Shown: positions 18,781 to 28,759 of the stretch, in pieces
Numbering within the stretch: the first letter of the stretch is position 1
Layout: each line of letters begins with the position of its first letter
NCBI GenBank assembly: GCA_902613795.1
Contig: CACMIP010000001.1
Coordinates: 42,087-106,086, forward strand
Origin: an uncultured OCS116 cluster bacterium
Lineage (GTDB): Bacteria > Pseudomonadota > Alphaproteobacteria > Rhizobiales > TMED25
Direction of reading: 5' to 3'
DNA: 64,000 nt
Position numbers and translations under genes: made by a program
The notes under the pieces: model-generated
Seen by the model: the letters and a program-made list of their open reading frames with translations, nothing else
What the model was told of the DNA's origin: nothing
The model's database searches: none

Positions 18781-19404
18781 TTATTTTTCATCAGATTCTT
18801 CCCTGGATGCGATTACTGCATCAACGATTCCAAATTTTTTTGCCTCCTCAGAGTCCATAAAATAATCTCGGTCTAAGGTTTTTTCAATTGTATTGTATGA
18901 TTGCCCTGTATGATTAACATAAAGATCATTGAGCCTCTTTTTTATCTTAATGATATCTTCCGCATGCCTTTCAATATCACTAGCCTGACCAGAAAAACCT
19001 CCAGATGGTTGATGGACCATAACTCTCGAGTGCGGGAGGCAATACCTCATCCCCTTCTCACCCGCGGCCAACAGTAAGGACCCCATTGATGCCGCCTGAC
19101 CAATGCAGAGAGTTGATACAGGAGGTCTAATAAATTGCATAGTGTCATAAATTGCCATGCCGGCAGTTACTATACCACCAGGTGAGTTGATATATAGAGA
19201 TATCTCTTTTTTGGGATTTTCAGCTTCCAGAAATAATAATTGCGCTGTTACTATTGTAGCAACACTATCATCAATTGGACCTGTTATAAAAATTATCCTT
19301 TCCTTCAAAAGCCTCGAGAATATGTCATAAGCTCTCTCACCTCTATTCGATTGCTCAACAACCATTGGTATTAGGTTCATTGCAAGGTCCTCTTTTTTTG
19401 TCAT
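18781..19404 (-). CDS. clpP: ATP-dependent Clp protease proteolytic subunit ClpP
   Basis: [22 protein letters not shown]; active-site region GQAASMGS. Confidence 0.95.
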   Translation of the reverse strand: MTKKEDLAMNLIPMVVEQSNRGERAYDIFSRLLKERIIFITGPIDDSVATIVTAQLLFLEAENPKKEISLYINSPGGIVTAGMAIYDTMQFIRPPVSTLCIGQAASMGSLLLAAGEKGMRYCLPHSRVMVHQPSGGFSGQASDIERHAEDIIKIKKRLNDLYVNHTGQSYNTIEKTLDRDYFMDSEEAKKFGIVDAVIASREESDEK

Positions 19405-19412
19405 TTTGTTAC

Positions 19413-20885
19413 CTATTTTTTCGTTTTTGATTTACTTGGTTTTTTGTCAGCAGTTCTTTTTGTAGATTTAGCGACTTTCTTTTTTGTTTTTGGATTGGTC
19501 TTCTGTTCTTCATGGTCATGCTCGTGTTCATTACCTAATAGTTTAGCCCTATCTACCTGCTCCTCCTTAATTTTGACCAGAGTTAGTATATGATCAACTA
19601 CTTTTTCCTCTACTAATGGAGATCTTATCTGCATCATAGCTCCCGGATTTTCCTGGTATAATTTAATTATTTCACTTTCCTGACCTGGATAATTTCTGGC
19701 TTGTTCAAAAAGTGCTTTGTTTACTTCATCATCAGATACAGTAATTGACTCATCTTCAGCAATCTTGTTAAAGAAGAGTCCGAGTCTTACTCTACGTTGT
19801 GCTATATCGTCATATTCTTTTCTTGTTTTCTTCTCATCTTTGATAACATCTTTGACCTTTTTTCCAGATTTCTCAATATCCGCAATATAATTATTCCAAA
19901 TTGAGTCACTTTCATCCTTTACAAGGGTCGGGGGTAAATCAAATTTCAGTTTTGGATCTAAGCCATCAAGTAAATTCCTCTTTAAATCAGATTTAGAAAT
20001 CGACTCATAATCCTTTTCAAGTTGTTCAGAGATTTGCTCTTTCAGCTTTTTCAAATCATCAAACCCAAGCTTTTTGGCGAAGTCATCACTGATCTTTGTT
20101 GGTACTTCTTTTTCGATTTTCTTTACTTTTGTTTCAAATATAGCATCCTTATTGGCTAGATGCGGAACTTGATAATCCTCTGGAAATCTTACATTGATAT
20201 TCAACTCTTGATCTTTTGCCGAGCCAGTTAATTGTTCTTCAAAACCCGGAATAAATGCACCAGAACCTATGACTAGCGGAGCATCATTTGCAGTACCACC
20301 ATCAAAAATTTCACCATCAATCTTCCCGACGAAGTCAATTATTAGCTGATCTCCAGATTCGGCTTTTTCCGTTGATTTTCTCTCCTCGTAACTCTTATTC
20401 TCGTCTGCAATCCGCTGTAATGCCTCATCAATATCCTCTTTCGTGACTTTTGCTATTTTCTTTATGATGGATATCGTACTATATTTAGGTACATCTATTT
20501 CTGGTATTATTTCATAAACCATTTTGTAAGATAAATCCTTCTCTAACCTAATGATTTTATCGATTTCTTCTTTTTCTTTGTCCTCTGATGGCTTGCCTTG
20601 ATAAAATGATATCTTAGGCTGAATCGCAGGTCTTTCATTACGATCACTAATTGCTTTAGCAGATGTTTCCTTTACTAAGTTTTCAATAATTTCAGGCATA
20701 AGCCGCTGCCCAAAAACTTTTCTGAGGTGGTGAATTGGAGCTTTTCCGGGTCTGAAGCCTTTTAACTGGACAGTATTTTTCAGCTCTTCCAACTTAGAGA
20801 GAAGCTTATCCTCAATATTATCACGCGGAACATCAACTTTGATTTCCCTATTTAAATCTTTTGCTAAAACCTCAGAAACATTCAT
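19413..20885 (-). CDS. tig: Trigger factor with His/Lys-rich C-terminal tail
   Basis: GFRPGKAP ribosome-binding signature and an FKBP-type middle domain. The last ~40 aa are [37 protein letters not shown]. Confidence 0.9.
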   Translation of the reverse strand: MNVSEVLAKDLNREIKVDVPRDNIEDKLLSKLEELKNTVQLKGFRPGKAPIHHLRKVFGQRLMPEIIENLVKETSAKAISDRNERPAIQPKISFYQGKPSEDKEKEEIDKIIRLEKDLSYKMVYEIIPEIDVPKYSTISIIKKIAKVTKEDIDEALQRIADENKSYEERKSTEKAESGDQLIIDFVGKIDGEIFDGGTANDAPLVIGSGAFIPGFEEQLTGSAKDQELNINVRFPEDYQVPHLANKDAIFETKVKKIEKEVPTKISDDFAKKLGFDDLKKLKEQISEQLEKDYESISKSDLKRNLLDGLDPKLKFDLPPTLVKDESDSIWNNYIADIEKSGKKVKDVIKDEKKTRKEYDDIAQRRVRLGLFFNKIAEDESITVSDDEVNKALFEQARNYPGQESEIIKLYQENPGAMMQIRSPLVEEKVVDHILTLVKIKEEQVDRAKLLGNEHEHDHEEQKTNPKTKKKVAKSTKRTADKKPSKSKTKK

Positions 20886-20910
20886 ATTATACTCACTTGT
20901 CGAATTTAGA

Positions 20911-20996
20911 TGGTGCGGGCGAAGGGAATCGAACCCCCACTCCTAAAAGGAACCAGAACCTAAATCTGGCGCGTCTACCAGTTCCGCCACGCCCGC
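20911..20996 (-). tRNA. tRNA-Leu (anticodon TAG), long variable arm
   Basis: Minus strand: GCGGGCGTGGCGGAACTGGTAGACGCGCCAGATTTAGGTTCTGGTTCCTTTTAGGAGTGGGGGTTCGATTCCCTTCGCCCGCACCA. Acceptor stem GCGGGCG/CGCCCGC. Anticodon loop TTTAGGT. Lies 25 nt upstream of tig. Confidence 0.9.
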
Positions 20997-21132
20997 AGGA
21001 TTAATACGTTATAATATAATCATTGTGAATTTAAAACAAAATTCTAAAAAAAATAAACATTGCGATGACAAGAGCAAAGTCATAATAATTGTCTAAAATT
21101 TAGTCAATATGCTTATATTTTAATCATTTTTC

Positions 21133-21154
21133 TAGATTTTTAATATAAAATCTA
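21133..21154 (+). promoter_or_regulatory. Inverted repeat upstream of the glnB sigma-54 promoter (possible activator site)
   Basis: TAGATTTT-taatat-AAAATCTA, centred about 75 nt upstream of the -24/-12 element. Does not match the NtrC consensus TGCACC-N5-GGTGCA. An AT-rich palindrome like this could arise by chance. Confidence 0.2.
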
Positions 21155-21209
21155 CAATAATCACAAAAAAAACCGATGAAAAAAGCGTATTTGTCATATT
21201 TTCATATGT

Positions 21210-21225
21210 TGGCACGTTTTTTGCA
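21210..21225 (+). promoter_or_regulatory. Sigma-54 (-24/-12) promoter of glnB-glnA
   Basis: TGGCAC-gtttt-TTGCA has exact GG/GC spacing and matches the TGGCAC-N5-TTGCW consensus. Lies 32 nt before the glnB ATG. Confidence 0.6.
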
Positions 21226-21238
21226 TACTTATCCTTAA

Positions 21239-21595
<357 letters not shown>

Positions 21596-21615
21596 TAAAA
21601 AAGGAGTATGATATT

Positions 21616-23025
21616 ATGCCAAAAGTTAGTGATATTTTAAAAGAAATAAAAGATACAGATATAAAGTTCGTTGATCTACGTTTTACAGACCCAAGAGGAA
21701 AACTTCAACACGTGACCATGGACGCATCTGTTATGGATAGTGACGCATTCGCAGAAGGTATTATGTTCGACGGATCATCGATTGCTGGATGGAAGGCCAT
21801 TAATGAGTCTGACATGACTCTAATGCCAGACCCAGATACTGCACACACAGATCCGTTCTTTGCGCAGTCAACAATGGGAATTTTCTGTGATATTTTGGAC
21901 CCTATATCTGGCGATGGCTATGAGAGAGATCCTCGTTCTGTTGCAAAGAAAGCAGAAGCTTACTTAAAATCGACAGGTATTGGAGACACTTCGTCTTTTG
22001 GTCCCGAGGCTGAATTCTTCATGTTTGATGATGTAAGGTTTGCAGCGGATCCATATCAGACTGGTTTTGAACTAGATTGCACAGAGTTGCCATCAAATAC
22101 CGCAACAGAATATGAGTCAGGTAACCTCGGTCATAGACCAAGAACGAAAGGTGGTTATTTCCCTGTCCCTCCTGTGGACTCAGCCCAAGATATTAGATCT
22201 GAAATGATCAGTGTTATGGCTGATATGGGTGTGGTTACAGAAAAGCATCACCACGAAGTCGGTGCAGCACAACATGAATTAGGTATCAAATTTGATAGCC
22301 TAACAAAAATTGCTGATAAGCAACAAATTTATAAATATGTTGTTCACCAAGTTGCAAATGCCTACGGTAAAACAGCGACCTTCATGCCAAAACCAATATA
22401 TGGTGATAATGGAACAGGTATGCATTGCCACCAATCAATTTGGAAGAATGGTAAACCAGTGTTTGCTGGCTCTGAGTATGCTGGATTATCCGAGACTGCT
22501 CTTTATTATATTGGCGGTATTTTAAAGCATGCTAAAGCTATAAATGCTTTTACAAATGCATCAACTAACTCATACAAAAGACTTGTTCCGGGATTTGAAG
22601 CTCCTGTGCTTCTAGCGTATTCTGCCAGAAATAGATCTGCATCATGCCGTATTCCTTTTGGGCAATCACCAAATTCAAAGAGGATTGAAATACGTTTTCC
22701 TGATCCATCTGCTAATCCTTATTTAGCGTTCTCATGCATGCTTATGGCGGGTATTGACGGTATCAAAAACAAAATTCATCCAGGTAAGCCAACAGATCAC
22801 GATCTGTATGAATTACCTGAAAAAGAACTGAAGAAAATACCAACCGTGTCTGGAAGTCTTAGAGAGGCTCTTGCAAGCCTTGAAAAAGATAATAGCTTCC
22901 TAACAGAGGGTGATGTATTTACCAAAGACCAGATTGAGGCTTATATTGAACTCAAAATGGAAGAAGTCATCAGGTTTGAGCACACACCTCATCCTGTAGA
23001 ATTCGATATGTACTATAGTGTGTAA
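21616..23025 (+). CDS. glnA: Glutamine synthetase type I
   Basis: 469 aa. [24 protein letters not shown], and the NPYL adenylylation-loop region. Confidence 0.95.
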   Translation: MPKVSDILKEIKDTDIKFVDLRFTDPRGKLQHVTMDASVMDSDAFAEGIMFDGSSIAGWKAINESDMTLMPDPDTAHTDPFFAQSTMGIFCDILDPISGDGYERDPRSVAKKAEAYLKSTGIGDTSSFGPEAEFFMFDDVRFAADPYQTGFELDCTELPSNTATEYESGNLGHRPRTKGGYFPVPPVDSAQDIRSEMISVMADMGVVTEKHHHEVGAAQHELGIKFDSLTKIADKQQIYKYVVHQVANAYGKTATFMPKPIYGDNGTGMHCHQSIWKNGKPVFAGSEYAGLSETALYYIGGILKHAKAINAFTNASTNSYKRLVPGFEAPVLLAYSARNRSASCRIPFGQSPNSKRIEIRFPDPSANPYLAFSCMLMAGIDGIKNKIHPGKPTDHDLYELPEKELKKIPTVSGSLREALASLEKDNSFLTEGDVFTKDQIEAYIELKMEEVIRFEHTPHPVEFDMYYSV

Positions 23026-23049
23026 ATAACTAAATATTACTAACAAGAG

Positions 23050-23089
23050 AACCAAAAGTAGCATTGATGTGTTACTTTTGGTTTTTTTT
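23050..23089 (+). terminator. Rho-independent terminator of glnBA
   Basis: AACCAAAAGTA-12 nt loop-TACTTTTGGTT running into an 8-T tract. Confidence 0.8.
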
Positions 23090-23143
23090 ATCCAACAGTT
23101 TTCATATAATAGAAAAATCTATTGATTCTTTTCTTATGCAATT

Positions 23144-25123
23144 ATGAATGACCTTTTTGAAAAATTACCTGAGCCGAATTCAGAAAATATAAAAGTTAAA
23201 AAGACCAAAAAAACCAACGGTGCTGACTACACCGCAAAAAATATAACAATATTAGAAGGCTTAGAACCTGTTAGAAAAAGACCAGGAATGTACATAGGTG
23301 GTGTAGACTCAAGAGCCCTTCATCATCTATTTAATGAGGTTATTGACAATGCGGTTGACGAGGTCGTTGCTGGGCACGCAAGTGAAATCAATGTGAGGCT
23401 CAATGGAGATAACGAATTATTGATAACTGATAACGGACGCGGTATCCCAATTGACTCGCATCCAAAGTTTCCCAATAAGTCAGCCTTAGAGATTATCCTC
23501 ACTACCCTTCATGCTGGGGGTAAATTTGATAATAACTCATATAAAACCTCAGGTGGGTTACACGGGGTTGGTATATCCGTAGTGAATGCATTATCTGAAT
23601 ATTTGTCTGTAGAAGTTGTACGCGAAAAGTCACTATATGGACAAGATTTTGCACGCGGTAAACCCACGACAAAACTTGAAAATAAAGGCAAAACCAAAGA
23701 ACAAAATGGAACTACAATTCGTTTCAAGCCAGACAACGAGATATTCGAGGATGGGCTTGATTTTAATTCAGATGAGCTTATCGAAATACTTAAAACAAAA
23801 GCCTATCTTGTTTCTGGTTTAAAAATAACTTTTACTGATGCAAGCGATACAATTGACCCCAAGCAAGTACAATTTTATTTTCCAAATGGAATTGCAGATG
23901 TCATTGAGGAAAATGCCCGCCAAAAAGACTTGATAATTAACTCACGTTTTACTGGATCGTCATCAGCCAAATCTTCAGCAGGTAAAGTTGAATGGTCCTT
24001 CATATGGGCAGCAGATAGAAAAAATAAAATAAAATCTTTTTGTAATACAATTCCAACTATAAACGGAGGCACGCACGAAAATGCTCTTAAAAGTGCCATC
24101 CTCAAATCAATCAAACGCTACGGCGACATAATTGGTATAAGAAATACAAAAATCATTACGCTTGATGACCTAATAGAAAGTATGGATGGTATATTATCTA
24201 TTTTCATTGCAGATCCAGAGTTTCAAGGCCAAACAAAAGAAAAATTAAGTTCAAAAAATGCGACCACTCTTACAAGTAAAATTATCGAGGATAACTTTGA
24301 TTATTGGTTATCAGAAAATCCAACCGACGCAGAAAAATTAATCAGCTTTCTTATTAACACAGCAAATACGAGAATTAATAGCAAACACGAAAAGGATTTA
24401 AGCCGAAAGTCTGCCTTAAGAAAACTGAGGCTTCCTGGAAAATTAGCAGATTGTCTCGAAGATAAAGCTGCTGGTACTGAATTATTTATCGTTGAAGGTG
24501 ACTCAGCAGGTGGATCTGCAAAACAGGCTAGAGATAAAAAGTATCAAGCCGTCCTGCCCTTACGGGGTAAAATATTAAACATTGCGAGCAGTAGCGCACA
24601 AAAATATTTTCAAAATCAACAGCTGAAGGATTTAGTTCAGGCCCTAGGCTGCGGAACATCTCAGACTTACGATGATGGAAATTTAAGGTATGATAAAATT
24701 ATTATAATGACCGATGCTGATGTTGATGGGGCCCACATAGCATCTTTATTGATCACGTTTTTCTATATTGAGATGCCTGAATTAATAAATAACGGGCATT
24801 TGTATGTCGCTGTTCCGCCCCTTTATAAATTATCAGCTAATAATAAAATATTCTACGCCATTGATGACGACGATAGAGAAAGAATAATAAAAGAGCATTA
24901 CAAGAAAAGCGAAAAGATTGACATATCACGTTTCAAAGGTTTAGGTGAAATGCTTCCAAATCAGTTAAGAGAAACAACAATGAATAAAACGACAAGAAAG
25001 CTATTAAAAATAACAATGGATAGCTATTCCTCGGACCAATACGCAAAAACTATCGATGAACTAATGGGTAATAAACCAGACGCAAGATTTAAATTCATTC
25101 AAGAAAATGCAGACTTTAATTAA
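23144..25123 (+). CDS. parE: DNA topoisomerase IV subunit B
   Basis: GHKL ATPase and Toprim motifs (RKRPGMYIGG, DNGRGIP, EGDSAGGSAKQARD, IMTDADVDGAHI). At 659 aa it lacks the long GyrB insertion, which favours ParE over GyrB. Confidence 0.8.
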   Translation: MNDLFEKLPEPNSENIKVKKTKKTNGADYTAKNITILEGLEPVRKRPGMYIGGVDSRALHHLFNEVIDNAVDEVVAGHASEINVRLNGDNELLITDNGRGIPIDSHPKFPNKSALEIILTTLHAGGKFDNNSYKTSGGLHGVGISVVNALSEYLSVEVVREKSLYGQDFARGKPTTKLENKGKTKEQNGTTIRFKPDNEIFEDGLDFNSDELIEILKTKAYLVSGLKITFTDASDTIDPKQVQFYFPNGIADVIEENARQKDLIINSRFTGSSSAKSSAGKVEWSFIWAADRKNKIKSFCNTIPTINGGTHENALKSAILKSIKRYGDIIGIRNTKIITLDDLIESMDGILSIFIADPEFQGQTKEKLSSKNATTLTSKIIEDNFDYWLSENPTDAEKLISFLINTANTRINSKHEKDLSRKSALRKLRLPGKLADCLEDKAAGTELFIVEGDSAGGSAKQARDKKYQAVLPLRGKILNIASSSAQKYFQNQQLKDLVQALGCGTSQTYDDGNLRYDKIIIMTDADVDGAHIASLLITFFYIEMPELINNGHLYVAVPPLYKLSANNKIFYAIDDDDRERIIKEHYKKSEKIDISRFKGLGEMLPNQLRETTMNKTTRKLLKITMDSYSSDQYAKTIDELMGNKPDARFKFIQENADFN

Positions 25124-25148
25124 TATAAAATGAACAATAACGTTTAAC

Positions 25149-26165
25149 ATGTTAGGTGATACTGATTACATAGCACTTCTAGAGCAATTGGATGAAGGCG
25201 TCATAATAGTGTCTGCAAACTATAACGTGCTTTATGGCAATAAAACTGCCATAGGTTATTTTGGGGATAAGTTATTAGATGTACCAATATACAACCTAAT
25301 TAGAAATAGTGAAGTTATTGATGCAATAAATGACTCTGCTGAGATCAATATTTCGTTTCCTTATACTTCAAGTGATGGAATATATAAACTTCAGCTTTCC
25401 TATAACCATAAGCCAGGAAAACCAGGTATCTTAATAATAAGCAATCAAACAGAAGAAGAAAATTTTGATAGTATAAGGCGTGATCTTATTGCAAATGTAA
25501 GTCATGAACTTAGATCTCCCTTAACCAGCATTTCAGGCTTTATTGAAACTTTGCAGAACGAAAAACTAAGTCAAAAACAATACTCTAAGTTTCTTGATAT
25601 CATGAGCGAGGAAGCAAATAGAATGGATAGAATTATATCTGATCTATTATCCCTTTCAAAAATAGAAATTAATGAATTTATTGAACCTCAAACTGAAATA
25701 AATCTTATGGAGCCGATTTTGCTTGCAAAAAATGCACTTGAGTTAAGGGCAAATGAGCTTGGTAAAAAAATAATTGTGGACCAAAAATTGGATATAGCTC
25801 CAATGATAAAAGCAGACGCGGACCAAATCATTGAGGTATTTCATAATCTTATTGATAATGCCATAAAATATTCAATTGAAAATAGTACAATAAAGATAAT
25901 TTTAGAGGTGATTGATGATATCAATCCAAAACAGATGAGTGTTACGGTTGAAAATATCGGTACGGGGATTGGAGAAGAGCATCTACCTAGGCTTACGGAA
26001 AGGTTTTATCGCGTTGATAAAGCCCGATCTCGAAATGTCGGGGGTACTGGGCTTGGCCTTGCAATAGTTAAACACATATTATTAAGGCATTCAGCAGATA
26101 TGGAAGTATCAAGCCAAGTAAATGGTAAAACAAGATTTACTGTTCTCTTCCCTATTTATGGTTGA
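25149..26165 (+). CDS. phoR: Phosphate regulon sensor histidine kinase PhoR, soluble (no TM segment)
   Basis: N-terminal PAS-like region, H-box ANVSHELRSPLTSISGF, and an HATPase domain (GGTGLGLAIVKH). Starts 25 nt after parE, so there is no room for a membrane anchor. Confidence 0.8.
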   Translation: MLGDTDYIALLEQLDEGVIIVSANYNVLYGNKTAIGYFGDKLLDVPIYNLIRNSEVIDAINDSAEINISFPYTSSDGIYKLQLSYNHKPGKPGILIISNQTEEENFDSIRRDLIANVSHELRSPLTSISGFIETLQNEKLSQKQYSKFLDIMSEEANRMDRIISDLLSLSKIEINEFIEPQTEINLMEPILLAKNALELRANELGKKIIVDQKLDIAPMIKADADQIIEVFHNLIDNAIKYSIENSTIKIILEVIDDINPKQMSVTVENIGTGIGEEHLPRLTERFYRVDKARSRNVGGTGLGLAIVKHILLRHSADMEVSSQVNGKTRFTVLFPIYG

Positions 26166-26177
26166 ATGATTATGCAA

Positions 26178-26195
26178 TTGTAATGTTTTTGTAAT
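26178..26195 (+). promoter_or_regulatory. Pho box (two 11-bp-phased direct repeats) upstream of arsC
   Basis: TTGTAAT-gttt-TTGTAAT. Same 7+4 unit as upstream of pstS and pstC. Lies 65 nt before the first possible arsC start. Confidence 0.6.
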
Positions 26196-26259
26196 ATTTG
26201 CAAAACAGTATTGAGAGGATATCCTAACAACTAGATAATTACAAATAAACTCTAATTAT

Positions 26260-26760
26260 TTGAATGGATTACTTAAATTGAAAATTCTGAACTGTTTATT
26301 TTTGTGTACCGGAAACTCATGTCGATCAATAATTGCTGAATCGATAATGAATAAAATAGGAAAAGATAAATTTCGTGGCTTTTCTGCGGGTTCATCACCA
26401 GTTGGGTTTGTAAATCCAATGAGCATTTCGTTGCTTGAAAGCTTAGGTCACGACGTAAGTGGCTTAAGCTCTAAAAGCTGGGATAAATATGCATCTGCAC
26501 CTCACATGGATTTTATAATTACAGTATGTGACAACGCGGCTGGAGAGGCATGTCCCGTTTGGCCTGGTAAACCAATAAGTGCACATTGGGGTGTGGCAGA
26601 TCCATCTTTGGTGGCAGGAAGTAACGAGGTTAAATATCAGGCATTCCTTGATACATATTTAGTTTTTGAAAAGCGAATAAAAAAACTGATTAGTCTGACG
26701 GATAACGATAACATAGTGACGAGTGATATTTTACAAAATATTACGATTGCGATGCGGTAG
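26260..26760 (+). CDS. arsC: Arsenate reductase, LMW-PTPase / thioredoxin-coupled type
   Basis: P-loop CTGNSCRS (CX5R) plus the Cys pair VCDNAAGEAC. There is no in-frame ATG upstream of the catalytic motif, so the start must be TTG (26260 or 26278). Confidence 0.8.
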   Translation: MNGLLKLKILNCLFLCTGNSCRSIIAESIMNKIGKDKFRGFSAGSSPVGFVNPMSISLLESLGHDVSGLSSKSWDKYASAPHMDFIITVCDNAAGEACPVWPGKPISAHWGVADPSLVAGSNEVKYQAFLDTYLVFEKRIKKLISLTDNDNIVTSDILQNITIAMR

Positions 26761-26766
26761 ATTCGA

Positions 26767-27426
26767 ATGACAGTGCAAGATTTTAAAAAATATTTTATTG
26801 AATTTTTAGGCACCTCAATCTTATTGGCCACTGTGATTGGCTCTGGCATAATGGGAGAGATGTTATCTGATGGCAATGACGCAATTGCACTTTTAGCAAA
26901 CACGATTGCAACAGGCGCAATACTCTATGTATTGATCACAATGTTTGGGGCCATCTCTGGTGCCCATTTTAATCCCGCCGTATCACTGGTATTTCTTATC
27001 AAGAGGGAAATTGGTTTTAATATATTCATTTTATACATTGTTGCACAAGTGCTTGGAGGGCTGCTTGGTATGCTAATTGCCCACTTTATGTTTGATATCG
27101 ATTTAATACAGTACTCATCAAAAATTAGAAGTGGGCCTTCGTTGTGGTTTTCAGAATGCATCGCCGCATTTGGGTTGATATTGACCATCCTGTTTACAAT
27201 AAAAGAAAATATAAAATCTGTCGCCAGCTCGGTAGGTCTGTACATAACTGCCGCTTATTGGTTTACTGCCTCAACATCCTTTGCAAATCCTGCAGTAACA
27301 ATTGCTAGAACATTCACAGATACTTTTTCTGGGATTCATTATTCAGGAACTATATATTTCATAATTGCCCAGTGTTTTGGCGCATTATTGGCTCTCATTA
27401 TCTATAACGCCATTTATAAAAAATAA
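26767..27426 (+). CDS. MIP-family channel (aquaporin/aquaglyceroporin, AqpS-like context)
   Basis: Two NPA boxes (HFNPAVS, FANPAVT) and six TM segments. Starts 6 nt after arsC. Confidence 0.85.
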   Translation: MTVQDFKKYFIEFLGTSILLATVIGSGIMGEMLSDGNDAIALLANTIATGAILYVLITMFGAISGAHFNPAVSLVFLIKREIGFNIFILYIVAQVLGGLLGMLIAHFMFDIDLIQYSSKIRSGPSLWFSECIAAFGLILTILFTIKENIKSVASSVGLYITAAYWFTASTSFANPAVTIARTFTDTFSGIHYSGTIYFIIAQCFGALLALIIYNAIYKK

Positions 27427-27476
27427 CCTTTTGAGTCACTATCCACTAACCTGTTGATAAGTATATCAATCATATT

Positions 27477-27505
27477 TTGTAATATTTTTGTAATACAAAT
27501 GTCAC
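27477..27505 (+). promoter_or_regulatory. Pho box array (three phased repeats) upstream of pstS
   Basis: TTGTAAT-attt-TTGTAAT-acaa-ATGTCAC. The 7+4 periodicity is the same as the E. coli CTGTCAT-type Pho box. Confidence 0.7.
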
Positions 27506-27582
27506 ATTCATGCAAAGAAAACAAAACATACCAGTATCGTACGCAAGACGTATTTTTTTTTAAATCAAATCGGAGAAAAACT

Positions 27583-28665
27583 ATGAGAAAACTATCTGCT
27601 CTTGCTCTCGCCGCTTTAGCTTCATTTATATTAGCCCCTTCTAGTGAAGTCGAAGCACGAGATCAAATTAACATTGTTGGTTCATCAACAGTTTATCCAT
27701 ACGGTACTGTGAATGCCCAAAGATTAGGTGAGTCAGGCTATAAAACACCAACATATAACCCAATTGGCACCGGTGGTGGAATGAAAGCATTCTGCGCGGG
27801 CGTGGGAGTTGACTATCCTGATATTACCGGAGCATCTCGTCCAATGAAAGCCAAAGAGGCAAAGCTCTGTCAAGAAAATGGCGTAACAAACGTGATCGAG
27901 GTTATGTGGGCTAATGATGGTATTACATTCTCGCACTCAAATGAAGCTGTAGAATTTGAGCTTACAAGAGAAGAAATATTCACAGCAATGGCTGCAAAAG
28001 TTGTCGTGGATGGTGAAGTTGTTGAAAACCCATATACATCATGGAATCAAATAAACTCAAGCTTGCCAGATTATAAGATTGAAGTATTAGTTGCGCCCCC
28101 AACCTCTGGTACACGAGATGCTTTTGATGGAAAAGTCATGGAAGCTGGATGCACTCTTGAAGCGGTCACAGGCAGCGATGATGGCTGCACAGATTATCGT
28201 GAAGATGGACGTATCATTGAAATGGGTGAAAACGATACATTAATTGTTCAGAAACTTGTCGAAGACGTCGAACGTTTTGGTTACTTTGGTTACTCCTATC
28301 TTAAGGATAACGGAGATAAACTTCAGCCGTCCAAAGTCGAAGGCGTAATGCCATCAGGCGCTACAATTGCATCATACGAATATCCAATGGCCAGACCACT
28401 CTTTATCTACCTAAAAGCTGACCATATTGGTGTTATACCTGGTATTCAGGAATTTGCGCAAATGATGGTTAGTGATAATGCTATAGGCGATAATGGCTAT
28501 TTAACAAAGATAGGTGCAGCACCTATGGTGCCAGAGCTTGTTGATAGAGTAAGGAATATCACTGATAGCTTAGACCCAATGGGTTTTGATATTGCTGACT
28601 GTGCGAACAAAGTTCATCCTCTTAAAGATGCAGGTTACGCATTTTCTAGCGGACTTTGTAAATAA
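27583..28665 (+). CDS. pstS: Phosphate ABC transporter substrate-binding protein PstS
   Basis: Start reset to ATG 27583 (GGAG RBS 8 nt upstream; signal peptide MRKLSALALAALASFILAPSS). GSSTVYPY motif. Confidence 0.9.
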   Translation: MRKLSALALAALASFILAPSSEVEARDQINIVGSSTVYPYGTVNAQRLGESGYKTPTYNPIGTGGGMKAFCAGVGVDYPDITGASRPMKAKEAKLCQENGVTNVIEVMWANDGITFSHSNEAVEFELTREEIFTAMAAKVVVDGEVVENPYTSWNQINSSLPDYKIEVLVAPPTSGTRDAFDGKVMEAGCTLEAVTGSDDGCTDYREDGRIIEMGENDTLIVQKLVEDVERFGYFGYSYLKDNGDKLQPSKVEGVMPSGATIASYEYPMARPLFIYLKADHIGVIPGIQEFAQMMVSDNAIGDNGYLTKIGAAPMVPELVDRVRNITDSLDPMGFDIADCANKVHPLKDAGYAFSSGLCK

Positions 28666-28677
28666 TTATCTAAATAG

Positions 28678-28700
28678 AAAGAGGGGCATAGCCCCTCTTT
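28678..28700 (+). terminator. GC-rich hairpin between pstS and pstC (attenuator/terminator or RNA-stability element)
   Basis: AAAGAGGGGC-ata-GCCCCTCTTT, 13 nt after the pstS stop. No long U tract follows. Confidence 0.5.
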
Positions 28701-28759
28701 CAGCATCTAATAGCGTTTATTCCCTAATAGTGATTGATTAAATTCTGCAAAAATATATT

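Noticed and set aside
23083-23096. DnaA-box-like TTATCCAAC upstream of parE
   Set aside because: It is a single imperfect copy (consensus TTATCCACA) overlapping the glnA terminator T-tract, with no cluster of boxes.
27454-27469. TTGAT-aagtat-ATCAA inverted repeat after the aquaporin gene (FNR/FixK-like?)
   Set aside because: The spacing is N6, not the N4 of TTGAT-N4-ATCAA boxes. It may just be a weak 6-bp hairpin at the end of the arsC-aqp unit.
27454-27582. N-terminal 43-codon extension of the pstS ORF in the track
   Set aside because: The extension covers the Pho-box array and has no signal peptide. ATG 27583 has a GGAG RBS and starts a canonical signal peptide.
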